A stretch of DNA of 61,590 nt, filler included, from Actinobacteria bacterium UBA7524 (GCA_002478275.1; 6 parts of 6 records of this genome joined end to end with filler, not necessarily neighbours in it), one strand, 5' to 3'. Numbered from the whole stretch's first letter, positions 42,239 to 52,694 are shown. Numbers and translations are program-made. The notes: generated from the letters alone by a model not told the origin.

Positions 42239-45200
42239 TCACTTATGGATGACTATACTGCCGCCTCCCAACGCAGTCACCGGAGTATCACTGTCACCGG
42301 CACCCATCTGGTTGTCATATACGACAGCCCCGGTCTCTGAGTCCCAGACCTTGATGCGAAAACGGTCTACGCCGCCGCCACCGGAGAGTCTTCCATCGAC
42401 CGCAGTCAACATGAATCCATAGCCTGCCTCTTGACCGACTCGGCCGACTCCCTTGTACTGGGCCTTCGGCCCGGCAACGACCAGCCAGTCATAAGCGATG
42501 CTGTGAAACTCGAATCCACCCGCTCTGAACTGGAACTGTGTCTGGCCTTTTGGCACCGAAGCGCCCTTGTCGTACTTGGAGACGAACCCGAAGCTCGCCT
42601 TGCCAGTCAACGAGGGCTCCAGCGCATAAGCCCCGAGGGGCGAGGTGATCCAACCCCCTCCCGTGACCCAGCCGGCAGTCGGGTCGTAAACGACCACGTA
42701 GTGCTCGGAAACAGCTGATCCCACAGCACCATCACTGTCGATGACGTCCACAGATACCCTGTACACGCCCGGGACGGAATACACATGACTTCCCAGCACG
42801 TGCCCCTCAATGTCGACAAGGCCGCTCGACACCGAACCGTCACCCCAGTCCCATGACGCCGTATGCCCATCGAGGACTCCTGGATCCACAAACACAGCAG
42901 TCATCTGCACGTCTGTCCCTACAACCACGGGATCGACAACGACATCATCCATGTAGACCGTCGGCGCGACGTTCTGCGCGATGAGCTCGAACGTCTCCTC
43001 ACTGACGTTTCCGTGCCCATCGTGTGCGCGCACGGTTACGGTGCGGCCGTCCGCCGGGCCGTCCACCACAGCAAACTGCCACACCCAGTCACGGCATACA
43101 GGGTCGTAAGAGACCGTCCCATCCGAGACTTCGACGACCACCTGGCCCAGCGCGTCCTGTGCGAAAATCCGATTCTCGGCAACGCTCCCCTCATCCGTGA
43201 AGAGACTAGTACTCTCCAACATCAGATTCGGAGCCTGGGTGTCCAGCCTCAACGTCAGGCTCTGCACGTCTTCGACATTCCCAGCCAGATCTATCGAGCG
43301 GAAACGTATGTCCACCAAACCCTCGGTCTGCACTTCGAACGGATGGGTGTACTCGACCCACTCACCGGTTCCGTATGCGTACTCGGTACGCGCCACTCCT
43401 GAGCCATCCTGGTCGTCTGCGACAAGAGTCAGAATCGGAGGGGTGACGTACCATCCCGCAATGCCGTCAGGTTCGACGGGTGTCAGAGAGGCACTGGTGG
43501 TCGGCGCCGTGACGTCCTGTCCATGTACGGGCCGGGACAATGGCAGCTCATCTACTCCCGTACTCAGCAGGTAGGGCAGATCCACGAATCCGTCTTGATC
43601 GTCATCCGGCTCGACCCAGTCACTCCAGTGATTGCCACCGACCGGCCTATCCAGGTTGAACGTGTTGGACGCAAGGTTAGACCTCGCCTGAACGGTATTG
43701 CCGACGAAATCGTTTCGATAGACCACGTTTCCGCTGGAGCGCTCTAGGCGAAGCCCGACATCGTTGCCGGTCATCACGTTCTCCGTGATCAGACCAAGCC
43801 CCTGGATGCTGGAGCTACTCCCCACAAGGATGCCGGTCCAGCAATCAGTCAAGCGATTGCCGCGGACGGTCCCGCCTACATCGCCCGAGAGCTCCAAACC
43901 GACTCTGCTGTCGGACACCGAGTTCGAGACGTACTCACTCTGGGCACATGCCGCAGCAAGTACGCCCGAATATGTCATTCCTGACATCGAATTGCCGCTG
44001 ATGACGCTGTTGGCCGATGCTGCGGCATACACGCCCCAGCCACCGCCGCTGATGGTGTTCTCCTCGACCCATGCCTGTTGTGAGCCTTGATACAGGAGGA
44101 CCGACTCCATTCGCAGTGCCTCGAGCGTGTTCTGCCGCACGACAACCCGATCGCTGCCGAGCGCCACCACGCCACATCTTCCACCAATTATCGTGCCTCC
44201 CAAGACCTGAGCGTCAGGACTGTTCCGCACCTCTACCGAGTAGCGGCAGTCTGAGGCAGACAGTCCCGACACGACCGCATCCTCGGTCCTGCAGAGCAAT
44301 AGACCGTTGTTCTCCACAGCCTGCGAACCGGTCACCCGCGCGCCTTCGACGATCGAGCCATCTGCATCAGCAAGTATCAGTTGTGCCAGCTCCGGGGTAC
44401 CAGACAGCGTGACTGTCTCATTGAAGTACCAGATGGGCCTTCCTCCAGAGCCGAGCACGTTACTGACCGCGTTCCTGCAACTCCCGTCGCTGGTCGCGGT
44501 CAGATTCAAATCATATAGCCGGTTGTCACGCAGCTCACTATCGGCCACCAGCGCATCTGCGGTCTCGGCAAACGACACCCCTGCCATGTAGTTATTCCGT
44601 ATCAGAGAATCCCGGACCTGATTGGCGGACCCTCCGGCGATAGCGACTCCCCTGTCGTTGTCGGAAGCATGAACGCCGTCGGCAAGACACTCCCGGCTGC
44701 GCGACATGAGGACACCGTCCCTGCGATTGCCTTGAAGATCGCAGTCTCGAATGGTTACCCGAGTACCGTCCTGGATATCGATACCGAAATAGTTGGCGGA
44801 GGACTGTACCCGCTCGAGTATCACATCCGCTGACCACGCGACAAGAACTCCATTGTTCTGTAGCGTCGGGGATCCTTCGATGTGAACATCACGCACCACC
44901 GAACCGTGCGCCTGCCCCAACACCAGTTGCGCAACGGTCGTGTCCTCCAGACTCGCAGCACCCTGAAGGTAGACGATAGGCAGACCGCCGGATCCCACGT
45001 TTCCTTCGATTCGATTGGTCTGAGCCCACACCCCGCTGCCGGTGGTATAGCTCAGGTCGTAGATCGTGTTCTCCTGGAGCACGTTGTCGACGGCCTCAAG
45101 ACCACGAACGCTCGTGTCGACATACAAGCCGTTGGAGCAACCGTAGACCTCGCAATCGCGCACTCTTGAACCCGAAGCCGAGGATCGAACAAGGATACCG

Positions 45201-45982
45201 TGCATGGCACTTCCGCTGACGGTCACGGCGTCTATCAGAATGCTATCCCCCCCGTTAAGATGCACTCCATTGTTGCCCCCGATGACTCTGAGGTCACGAA
45301 CCACGACGTTGTTCCGACGGTAGATCAAGACTCCGTCACTGGAGGGCGGAACGATGATGGCGTGCCCTGAACCATCCAGTACTGCCCCGTCAACCTCTAT
45401 TCGAACCTGTTCATAGACGTCCTGACTCAGACTGGCGACCCGTGCGAGCGGATCCCATGTGCCTACAAGGGGATTGCTCCATCCCTCCTCGGTCAAGTAC
45501 AGAGTCGACGGTGCAGTCTGCAGCATGATGCTGACCGGCATGAACAGATCGGCATCGAACTCGATGCTGCCGTTCTGATCCGCAACCAGGGTGTCGAATT
45601 CCCTTACGTCGTCTACGTACTTGTAGTACGTGGTGCCAGGTATCAGGCCGGCCAACGTAAGCTCCGAGCTGAGCGCGCCCTGCAATCCCTCCACGAATAC
45701 GGACACCGCGTGCTCGCCTGCATCCATCTGCACCCGGATCGGGCTGGTGCTGCGCAGGGTTATCGCCCGCGGGTTGTCGGAGATCCTGAAATCATGCCCA
45801 GTCCCCTCTACAGAGCCGTAGACGGGAAGATGCGAGTACATCTCGGCGAGTTCTTGCACCGTTCCCCCGGGTGGAGTCCCGGGCTCGACCTCGTCGGCCA
45901 CGGCGACCGACACGGGTACCCCGACCTGCAACACCAGCATAGAACACAGAACGACGGCGACGATCCTCGCACAGAACATCAT
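42239..45982 (-). CDS. Large secreted right-handed beta-helix (NosD/CASH-like) protein with Ig-like and PKD domains
   Basis: Signal peptide, many PbH1-type repeats, NHWSDW...DGFVDLPY, an Ig-like module (DVTAPTT...SIDLAGNVE...DTQAP), PKD motif WDWGDG...HVYSVPGVY. Confidence 0.85.
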   Translation of the reverse strand: MMFCARIVAVVLCSMLVLQVGVPVSVAVADEVEPGTPPGGTVQELAEMYSHLPVYGSVEGTGHDFRISDNPRAITLRSTSPIRVQMDAGEHAVSVFVEGLQGALSSELTLAGLIPGTTYYKYVDDVREFDTLVADQNGSIEFDADLFMPVSIMLQTAPSTLYLTEEGWSNPLVGTWDPLARVASLSQDVYEQVRIEVDGAVLDGSGHAIIVPPSSDGVLIYRRNNVVVRDLRVIGGNNGVHLNGGDSILIDAVTVSGSAMHGILVRSSASGSRVRDCEVYGCSNGLYVDTSVRGLEAVDNVLQENTIYDLSYTTGSGVWAQTNRIEGNVGSGGLPIVYLQGAASLEDTTVAQLVLGQAHGSVVRDVHIEGSPTLQNNGVLVAWSADVILERVQSSANYFGIDIQDGTRVTIRDCDLQGNRRDGVLMSRSRECLADGVHASDNDRGVAIAGGSANQVRDSLIRNNYMAGVSFAETADALVADSELRDNRLYDLNLTATSDGSCRNAVSNVLGSGGRPIWYFNETVTLSGTPELAQLILADADGSIVEGARVTGSQAVENNGLLLCRTEDAVVSGLSASDCRYSVEVRNSPDAQVLGGTIIGGRCGVVALGSDRVVVRQNTLEALRMESVLLYQGSQQAWVEENTISGGGWGVYAAASANSVISGNSMSGMTYSGVLAAACAQSEYVSNSVSDSRVGLELSGDVGGTVRGNRLTDCWTGILVGSSSSIQGLGLITENVMTGNDVGLRLERSSGNVVYRNDFVGNTVQARSNLASNTFNLDRPVGGNHWSDWVEPDDDQDGFVDLPYLLSTGVDELPLSRPVHGQDVTAPTTSASLTPVEPDGIAGWYVTPPILTLVADDQDGSGVARTEYAYGTGEWVEYTHPFEVQTEGLVDIRFRSIDLAGNVEDVQSLTLRLDTQAPNLMLESTSLFTDEGSVAENRIFAQDALGQVVVEVSDGTVSYDPVCRDWVWQFAVVDGPADGRTVTVRAHDGHGNVSEETFELIAQNVAPTVYMDDVVVDPVVVGTDVQMTAVFVDPGVLDGHTASWDWGDGSVSSGLVDIEGHVLGSHVYSVPGVYRVSVDVIDSDGAVGSAVSEHYVVVYDPTAGWVTGGGWITSPLGAYALEPSLTGKASFGFVSKYDKGASVPKGQTQFQFRAGGFEFHSIAYDWLVVAGPKAQYKGVGRVGQEAGYGFMLTAVDGRLSGGGGVDRFRIKVWDSETGAVVYDNQMGAGDSDTPVTALGGGSIVIHK

Positions 45983-46188
45983 CACAAGCCCCCTTCGCGT
46001 TCCCGACGCGTGTGCAGCCACTGCCGGAGACGCTGCGGCACTGGCGCCTATGAGGGCTGTATCGGCATGCGAAGTAGGATGGTAAAAGCCAGCAGACGAA
46101 CGGCACGTGCTGATGAGACTGAGGCGCCTTCACCGGCAAACGGCGACGAATCGAACGGGACGACCAGGGCATCATCTCGCAACGAACG

Positions 46189-47703
46189 TCAGTAGAGCCG
46201 CTTCTCTTCGACGGAGTCTTCGGCCAGCGCTATGCCCCACTCGCCGAGAACCTTGGAGACAGCACGCTCCCCGCTCTCGATGCAGTTCGGAAGCCCTACT
46301 CCCGTATACGACCCGCCTGCTAGCGCAAGTCCTTCGATGTCCGAAGCGCGCTCTTCGATCATCTTGACCCGGTCCAGATGACCCAGGGTGTACTGAGGCA
46401 TACCACCGTCCCACCGGTAGACACGGCTGAACAGAGGATCGCCCTTCACGCCCAGGATGTCACGCATCTCGGCGAGAACGATCTGGACCAGCTGCTCATC
46501 GGAGTTCTCCATGATCGCCTGGTTGTGTGGGCCGCCGACGAAACCGCGCATAAGTACCTTGCCCTCGGGCGCGCGTCCCGGCCACTTAGTCGACGAATAG
46601 GTGGCGGCCATCAGCGAGCGACCCTCCACCAACGGACACAGCACGCCGAACGCCTCCATATCGATACCGATCTCCTCGGCACGAAAGCCCAGTGAGACCG
46701 TTGCCGAGGAACTCGAGGGGATCGCCGCAAGCGCATCGGCAATCGCCGGATCGATCTCACGCATGAGTGGCTCGGCCGCCCAACACTCGGTGGCGAGGAT
46801 GACCGCGTCGCCCTCGATCCGGGTCTCGTCGGACAGATGGACGGTCCAGCCCTCAGGGCTTCGCTCGATCCGGGTCACCTTGACGCCGGTGCGGATGTTG
46901 TCGATGCCGGCCGCCCGAGCCATCGTGTCGGGCAGGACCTGCATGCCCTCGGTGAAAGAGGTGAAGAAGGTGCGGGGCTTCTGGCCCGGCTTGGGCGGAT
47001 ACTTCTTACGCATCTCCGCTACCTTCTTGCGCGCATCGACGAAGCCACCGATCATGCTGCCGTACTTCTGTTCCATATCCAACAGTCGGGGGAAGGTCGC
47101 GGCCAGGGACATCTGGGCAGGGTCCGAAGCGTGGACGCCGCCTACGAGCGGCTCGGCGAGACGATCGAGGCATTCGCGACCCATCCGCCTGACGACGAAG
47201 CTCTCGAGCGTTTCATCGTGCTGGGCGGCGGTGTCGCCTTCGGGCCAGCGCTCTTTGCGGGGGATCAGCAAGTCCATACCCATCCGTAACTTGCCGGGCC
47301 ACGAGAACAGGCCCGTGGTAGCGAAGGGGACGAATTTGGTGGGCGCGAACATCATCACGCCGTCAGGCATCTCATGCAGACGCCCCCGGGAGAGTATCCA
47401 GGTCCTCTTGCGCGAATCATCGGTTGGCAACTCATCTTCAAAGATGCCGGTCAGCTTCGCGATCCGGTGGACTCCAGGTTTTTCGGTAAGGAAGCAGTCG
47501 GGTCCCCCGTCGACGATGAACTTGTCGTCCTCCGCGCCCCCCCATTCATCGGGGACATGTTCACTCGCGATCTTGCCACCCAGACGAGAGTCTTTCTCGA
47601 TCAAGGTGAAAGAGAGCTCATGGCCCTCCTCGGCGGCTCGTCTTACTTTGTACGCAGCGCCCAGGCCAGCGACACCGCCGCCGATGACGATCACATGCTT
47701 CAC
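46189..47703 (-). CDS. hemG: FAD-dependent protoporphyrinogen/coproporphyrinogen oxidase (HemY/CgoX type)
   Basis: GGGVAGL, RLGGKI, GPDCF, EPLVGGVHA, MPQYTLGH, GVGLPNCI; clustered with hemH and hemE. Confidence 0.92.
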   Translation of the reverse strand: MKHVIVIGGGVAGLGAAYKVRRAAEEGHELSFTLIEKDSRLGGKIASEHVPDEWGGAEDDKFIVDGGPDCFLTEKPGVHRIAKLTGIFEDELPTDDSRKRTWILSRGRLHEMPDGVMMFAPTKFVPFATTGLFSWPGKLRMGMDLLIPRKERWPEGDTAAQHDETLESFVVRRMGRECLDRLAEPLVGGVHASDPAQMSLAATFPRLLDMEQKYGSMIGGFVDARKKVAEMRKKYPPKPGQKPRTFFTSFTEGMQVLPDTMARAAGIDNIRTGVKVTRIERSPEGWTVHLSDETRIEGDAVILATECWAAEPLMREIDPAIADALAAIPSSSSATVSLGFRAEEIGIDMEAFGVLCPLVEGRSLMAATYSSTKWPGRAPEGKVLMRGFVGGPHNQAIMENSDEQLVQIVLAEMRDILGVKGDPLFSRVYRWDGGMPQYTLGHLDRVKMIEERASDIEGLALAGGSYTGVGLPNCIESGERAVSKVLGEWGIALAEDSVEEKRLY

Positions 47704-47720
47704 GCGAGATCCCTTCCCTT

Positions 47721-48761
47721 TCAGTCTTCGTCTGCCGTTGCGGCCATGGAATTCCCCTGGATGTATGAGGCGATCATCATGGCGATTCCTACCACCAACT
47801 CGGGATCGTTGTTCGGCACGCCGCCCCGAGCGAACAGCAAGTCGGCCTCAAGGAGACGGTCCGCTGCCTCGATATCAAGGTCGTAGAGGGTCTCAAGGTG
47901 TTCGAGCGCGAACCCGATGGGGCTGATCGCGACACCTTCATACTGGGAAGCGACGATCGCATCGATCACATCGCCCAGGTCGGGACCGAGCCACTCACCC
48001 CCTCGCTTTCCCTTCGACTGATAAGCGATCAGCCACGGACGTTCCCCTGAAAGGGAGCCGTAGGATGATATGCCAGGAAGCGCGGGGTCATCGGAGAACT
48101 CGGATCCCTGAGCCAGACCAAGCAGATTGGCCGCCGCCTCGGCTACGTTGCGAACGCCCGACACGTACGGATCATTCGCCGGATCCTCGAGATCGGCCAA
48201 CGGTAGACTGTGTGCCGTGAAGACCACCGGGACCTTGGGATCTGATTCCCGCGGAAGCTCATGCAGCGCCGTCGCCAGACCGCCGACGTGGGCATCCACG
48301 TACTGCCGGAGCATCGAGATCAGGGGTGCGCCAACGACCTCAAGACCCTCAAGACCCTCAGCGGCTTCCTCCAGCTCAGCGCGATATGCCTCCGTGGTCG
48401 TCTTGGACTCGAAGGGGCTCAGGGATACCGCGATGATTCGCCGCACACCAGCGTCGTACATCCGCCTGACCGTGTCACCGATCGACGGCTTCGTGTAGCG
48501 AAACGCCGTGTCGACGATAAGGTCGAGGTTAAGCAGGTTGAGTTGCTCAGCGAGGTCCGCAGCCAGGGTGCGAGCGAGTTCCGGCAGCGGCGAGCCCCCA
48601 CCGATAGCGAGGTAACGCCGCTCTATCCTGGTGCAGAGCTCATCCGAAGGCTCCTCGCCGATGAGCTCACACATGAACTCCCGCACCTGAGCGATCTTCT
48701 CCGGACCGCCATAAGCCAGGAGCAGTACCGCGTCCTTCGGTGTCGAGGCGACATCCATCAT
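47721..48761 (-). CDS. hemH: Ferrochelatase (coproporphyrin ferrochelatase type)
   Basis: LLAYGGP, YLAIGGGSPL, FTAHSLP, YQSKG...WLGPD, HLETLYDLD. Confidence 0.92.
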   Translation of the reverse strand: MMDVASTPKDAVLLLAYGGPEKIAQVREFMCELIGEEPSDELCTRIERRYLAIGGGSPLPELARTLAADLAEQLNLLNLDLIVDTAFRYTKPSIGDTVRRMYDAGVRRIIAVSLSPFESKTTTEAYRAELEEAAEGLEGLEVVGAPLISMLRQYVDAHVGGLATALHELPRESDPKVPVVFTAHSLPLADLEDPANDPYVSGVRNVAEAAANLLGLAQGSEFSDDPALPGISSYGSLSGERPWLIAYQSKGKRGGEWLGPDLGDVIDAIVASQYEGVAISPIGFALEHLETLYDLDIEAADRLLEADLLFARGGVPNNDPELVVGIAMMIASYIQGNSMAATADED

Positions 48762-49987
48762 CCCGTCTGACCTCCCCTGATACGAGCGGAATGCTCGTGT
48801 ACATACCTGATCATCTTGCGGGCCTTCTCCGGATCACTCGTCTTGTGGATACCGTGCCCAAGGTTGAAGATGTGTCCCGGACGCGTCCCGACAGCTTCCA
48901 GTATCTCGACGACCATGCGCTCGAGCTCCTCGTCCGGCGCGAACAGAGCCACCGGATCGATGTTGCCCTGGATACCGAATGATGGGTCGATGACTTCTAC
49001 CGCCTTGTTCATGTCGAGACGCCAGTCGACTCCGATGATGTCTCCCCCGGCCTTCTGGGCCAGATCGAGCATCGATGTGGCTCCGTTCGGGAAATGGATG
49101 ACCGGCACACCGCCTTCGACCGTGGCGTCGCCATGCGCCTTGACCTCGGCCAGCACTCTGGCGCTGTAAGGTAGGACGTAACGTTCGTAGTCCCGTGGAG
49201 CCACGTACCCGACCCAGCTGTCGAAGAGCTGGACGACCTGCGCGCCCGCGTCGATCTGGGCCTTCAGGTACGCGATCGTCGTCTCCGCGAACTTGGTGAG
49301 CAACGCATCCCACGCCGCCGGCTCACCCCACATAAGCGCCTTGGTGTACTCATAGTCGCGCGTTCCGTGCCCCTCGATCGCGTAGCTGGCCAGGGTGAAA
49401 GGAGCACCGGCGAAACCGATCAAGGGTACCTTGTGCTCCAGTTCGCGCCTGAGTATCTTGATGGCCTCCATGACGTAGCCGGTCGCCTCATGAGCGTCAG
49501 CGACCCTCAGCGCCTCGACATCGGCTGCCGAGCGGATCGGGTTGTGGATGATCGGTCCCTCGCCCTTGGCGAATTCGAGATCCAGACCCATTCCCGGGAA
49601 CGATACGAGGATGTCCGAGAAGAGGATCGCCGCATCGACGCCGACCAAGTCGACCGGCTGCAAGGTGACCTCGACTGCGAGTTCCGGTGTCCGGCACATC
49701 TCAAGGAAGCCGTNNNNNNNNNNNNNNNNNNNNNNNNNNNNNNNNNNNNNNNNNNNNNNNNNNNNNNNNNNNNNNNNNNNNNNNNNNNNNNNNNNNNNNN
49801 NNNNNNNNNNNNNNNNNNNNNNNNNNNNNNNNNNNNNNNNNNNNNNNNNNNNNNNNNNNNNNNNNNNNNNNNNNNNNNNNNNNNNNNNNNNNNNNNNNNN
49901 NNNNCCGGCCTGACGCATCATCCACACGGGAGTGCGTTCGGTGGGCTCGAGCCGGGCTGCGCGCAAGAACAAGTCATTGAAGGCCAT
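48758..49987 (-). CDS. hemE: Uroporphyrinogen decarboxylase (internal N gap)
   Basis: TPVWMMRQAG, DAAILFSDIL, IGFAGAPFTLASY, QLFDSW, QGNIDP, IFNLGHG. Confidence 0.96.
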   Translation of the reverse strand: MAFNDLFLRAARLEPTERTPVWMMRQAXXXXXXXXXXXXXXXXXXXXXXXXXXXXXXXXXXXXXXXXXXXXXXXXXXXXXXXXXXXXXXXXXGFLEMCRTPELAVEVTLQPVDLVGVDAAILFSDILVSFPGMGLDLEFAKGEGPIIHNPIRSAADVEALRVADAHEATGYVMEAIKILRRELEHKVPLIGFAGAPFTLASYAIEGHGTRDYEYTKALMWGEPAAWDALLTKFAETTIAYLKAQIDAGAQVVQLFDSWVGYVAPRDYERYVLPYSARVLAEVKAHGDATVEGGVPVIHFPNGATSMLDLAQKAGGDIIGVDWRLDMNKAVEVIDPSFGIQGNIDPVALFAPDEELERMVVEILEAVGTRPGHIFNLGHGIHKTSDPEKARKMIRYVHEHSARIRGGQTG

Positions 49988-50377
49988 GAGGGGTGTGTCC
50001 TTTCGTGATGAATCCGAGCTTGAAACCGTCCGCCAGTCTACCACGATACGTGTCCATTCCACCCGCCCGAGAATCGACGAGGCCGGACCTCCGTGGCAAC
50101 GGTACGCGTCGCTGGCGGAGGGCAAGGACCGTGCCAGCACAAGAACGAGACAGGNNNNNNNNNNNNNNNNNNNNNNNNNNNNNNNNNNNNNNNNNNNNNN
50201 NNNNNNNNNNNNNNNNNNNNNNNNNNNNNNNNNNNNNNNNNNNNNNNNNNNNNNNNNNNNNNNNNNNNNNNNNNNNNNNNNNNNNNNNNNNNNNNNNCAC
50301 AAGAACGAGACAGGTCCCCCGCAACCCCGAATCGGGTGTCGCGAGGGACCCGCCGCAGTCACTCGGAACAAGTTCGC

Positions 50378-50515
50378 CTAACCGCCCGGACGGGTCTCCA
50401 GGATCGTCTTGACGATAGAAGGATCGGCGAGCGTGGAGATGTCACCAAAGGCATCCATGTCGCTCTCTCCCGCAGCGATCTTTCGCAGGATACGGCGCAT
50501 GATCTTGCCCGAACG
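50378..50515 (-). CDS. acs: C-terminal fragment of acetyl-CoA synthetase
   Basis: Hand translation [35 protein letters not shown]...*. Confidence 0.88.
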   Translation of the reverse strand, partial: RSGKIMRRILRKIAAGESDMDAFGDISTLADPSIVKTILETRPGG

Positions 50516-50615
50516 NNNNNNNNNNNNNNNNNNNNNNNNNNNNNNNNNNNNNNNNNNNNTTAATTAATTAANNNNNNNNNNNNNNNNNNNNNNNNNNNNN
50601 NNNNNNNNNNNNNNN

Positions 50616-50764
50616 CCCTGCACGACAGCGACACCGCGACCGTGGCTTGTGAGCAGTACAGGTCTGCCAGTCTCGTCAACGCGACGCACGACCTTGCCGG
50701 GGTTGATCTTCATGTCGCCGAGCGGGACGACGTCCTCCGAGAACTTCACTGCGGGGCTGCGCAT
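50616..50764 (-). CDS. Phd/YefM-family antitoxin; 3' truncated
   Basis: EDVVPLGDMKINPGKVVRRVDETGRPVLLTSHGRGVAVVQ with GGAGG RBS. Confidence 0.85.
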
Positions 50765-50780
50765 AGCGGACCTCCAAACC

Positions 50781-50811
50781 GCACCGATATTCTGGTGCTT
50801 ATTGTAGCACC
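50781..50811. promoter_or_regulatory. Overlapping palindromes upstream of the antitoxin; putative autoregulatory operators
   Basis: GCACC-N8-GGTGC (50781-50798) and GGTGCT-N6-AGCACC (50794-50811), with TACAAT on the minus strand inside the second. Confidence 0.55.
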
Positions 50812-50872
50812 TGCAATGAGGTCCTGTTGAGTGCGCCTAAGTCGATCACGCCAGACCTCAGCGGGAAAGGGC

Positions 50873-51388
50873 TTATGAGCGCTCCGTCAGCGCATCTGGG
50901 AAAGCGGACTGGGCTGGAACGGACGCTGCACGCCACATGTTCATGTACCAGTAGATCGGCCAGCCGATGAATCCCGCGAAGGCTACGACGCCCACATGAT
51001 TCGGGCATTCCCATCGAGTCGCGGGTTGCGGAACACGTCAACGAGGAATATCGCGACGAGCGCCCAGCACAGAACGATGATGCTCACGTGCGCGACCGGT
51101 ACTACGTCGAGGAACCAGGGTGCATCACCGGTACCGGGTACCGGTGACACCGTGGTCACCCCCCGCGAAGAGCGGGGTCGCCCACACGAACATGCGGTCA
51201 TTGGACAGGTCGCTCCAGAACAGGGCGTGCATGATCGAGAGCGCAATGTACGCGAAGGACAAGAGCACCGCTACGGCGACCACGACGAACAGCCACATGA
51301 AGGCTCGCTCGTCCAACACGTTGAGCAGAATGAGACCTGCGCCCCAAACGGCTCGCAATGCTCGAGGAATGCGCATTCTGTCAGCCAA
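50873..51388 (-). pseudogene. Frameshifted membrane protein with PLDc_N-like motif
   Basis: Coding-like sequence passes through three frame segments: ...VWATPLFAG / VTTVSP...DVFRNPRLDGNARIMW / VVAFAGFIGWPIYWYMNMWR...*. Shifts fall at a G6 run (~51160) and near 50990. Confidence 0.55.
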
Positions 51389-51455
51389 GTCCCCGCCCCC
51401 AGTTCAGTCCGTAGTGCTGGCGCGTGTCGGTGGTCGCCGCGATCACCAGACGCTG

Positions 51456-51929
51456 CTACCCCGCCTGCACTTCCGGCACGGGTTCCGCCGCTTGCACTCC
51501 GCCGCGTGGCCGCTCGAACAACATCTTGACTGACGGCCTGAGCAGAACAAGGAACGTCAGCACGCCGATGAGAGTCCCGAACGGGATGAACACACAGGAG
51601 ATGCCAGCGGTGACCAGACATGCGATACGACGTCGACGCTTTCGAATCCAGAAGCCGGTCAGAATCTGGAGAGTTGCGAGAGTGCCGAACATGAGCAAGA
51701 AGGCGAGGCCCATCCCGCCGAACAGAATCATGAACATGCCTGGCGGCGGAGCCTCGGCGGGGCCGCTGGCCTGCTCGAACGGGATCGTGGAGAACATGAC
51801 TCCCATAGCGATGTAGAACAAGCCGTACAGCGACATCATCGCGGAGGTGGCGCCAAGAACCCAGTAGCACACGGGTAACGGCCGCAACTGCTCCTCATCG
51901 ACGATCGCTTGCCTCTCGATTGCCTCCAC
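51456..51929 (-). CDS. Hypothetical membrane protein
   Basis: GTG with AGGGGGGA RBS; 3-4 TM segments; FIPFGTLIGVLTFLVLLRPSVKMLF. Confidence 0.75.
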   Translation of the reverse strand: MEAIERQAIVDEEQLRPLPVCYWVLGATSAMMSLYGLFYIAMGVMFSTIPFEQASGPAEAPPPGMFMILFGGMGLAFLLMFGTLATLQILTGFWIRKRRRRIACLVTAGISCVFIPFGTLIGVLTFLVLLRPSVKMLFERPRGGVQAAEPVPEVQAG

Positions 51930-51949
51930 TGCGATCCCCCCTAGGTTGA

Positions 51950-52675
51950 TCAGCGTTCCTGGTTCGGATTGGGAACTTCGATTTGCCCGAACACCGCTCC
52001 TGCCCATTCGCCGGTGACTGGGTCCCTCGTGAACGTGGCGTAGTGGTCCGGCCACATGTCCTCGACGTACGTACCCTGTCGATTTCGGCGCGCCACCCAG
52101 ACAACGTATTCCTCACGGCCTTGCGAATCGGTGCCATCGAACCAAACTGCCGAGACCACCGCGTTTGGACCTGGCCGAAGCGGCGCGTACGCCTCAATGA
52201 ATCCGTCAACATCATAGTTCATGCCTGTGCGAGGGTCCGGCGTCATGGTCTGCGCGTGCCGGAAGAACGTTTCGGCAGTCGACCAGCCATCGGACAGCTC
52301 CTCACGCGGGGGGCCGGCCCACACAGCGAGCCGACCCTCATTCTCGAAGCGGACATCCAAGAGCAACTCCTCATGCCGCTCGCTCCGAAGGATGTAGCCG
52401 GACATTGTGGAATCCACGATCCGATAGCCGGGGTAGCCCTCGTCGATGAATGGGCGCATCACTGACATCGAAGCGGTTTCCGTCGAAATGAGCCGCCATA
52501 CGGAGTAGCCAGCGCAACCACACACAGACAACAGCAGCAGCACAGCGACGCTTACCGCGATGATCACGCGCTTCCTGGTCCAGAACCGCCGCGTCTCCGG
52601 CACGGCCACCGGCGCGGGTGCGTCAAGCTGCACGGCCTCGCTCGACGCAATCGAGTTTGGAGATTCCTCTGTCAT
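51950..52675 (-). CDS. Hypothetical membrane-anchored protein
   Basis: Single N-terminal TM after RKR; GGGGG RBS directly after the attC-like site. Confidence 0.7.
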   Translation of the reverse strand: MTEESPNSIASSEAVQLDAPAPVAVPETRRFWTRKRVIIAVSVAVLLLLSVCGCAGYSVWRLISTETASMSVMRPFIDEGYPGYRIVDSTMSGYILRSERHEELLLDVRFENEGRLAVWAGPPREELSDGWSTAETFFRHAQTMTPDPRTGMNYDVDGFIEAYAPLRPGPNAVVSAVWFDGTDSQGREEYVVWVARRNRQGTYVEDMWPDHYATFTRDPVTGEWAGAVFGQIEVPNPNQER

Positions 52676-52694
52676 GTAGCCCCCCAGCTTCTGT

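Noticed and set aside
49990..50377. Riboswitch upstream of hemE
   Set aside because: The hairpin near 50310-50355 is explained as the acs terminator, and I recognise no aptamer motif.
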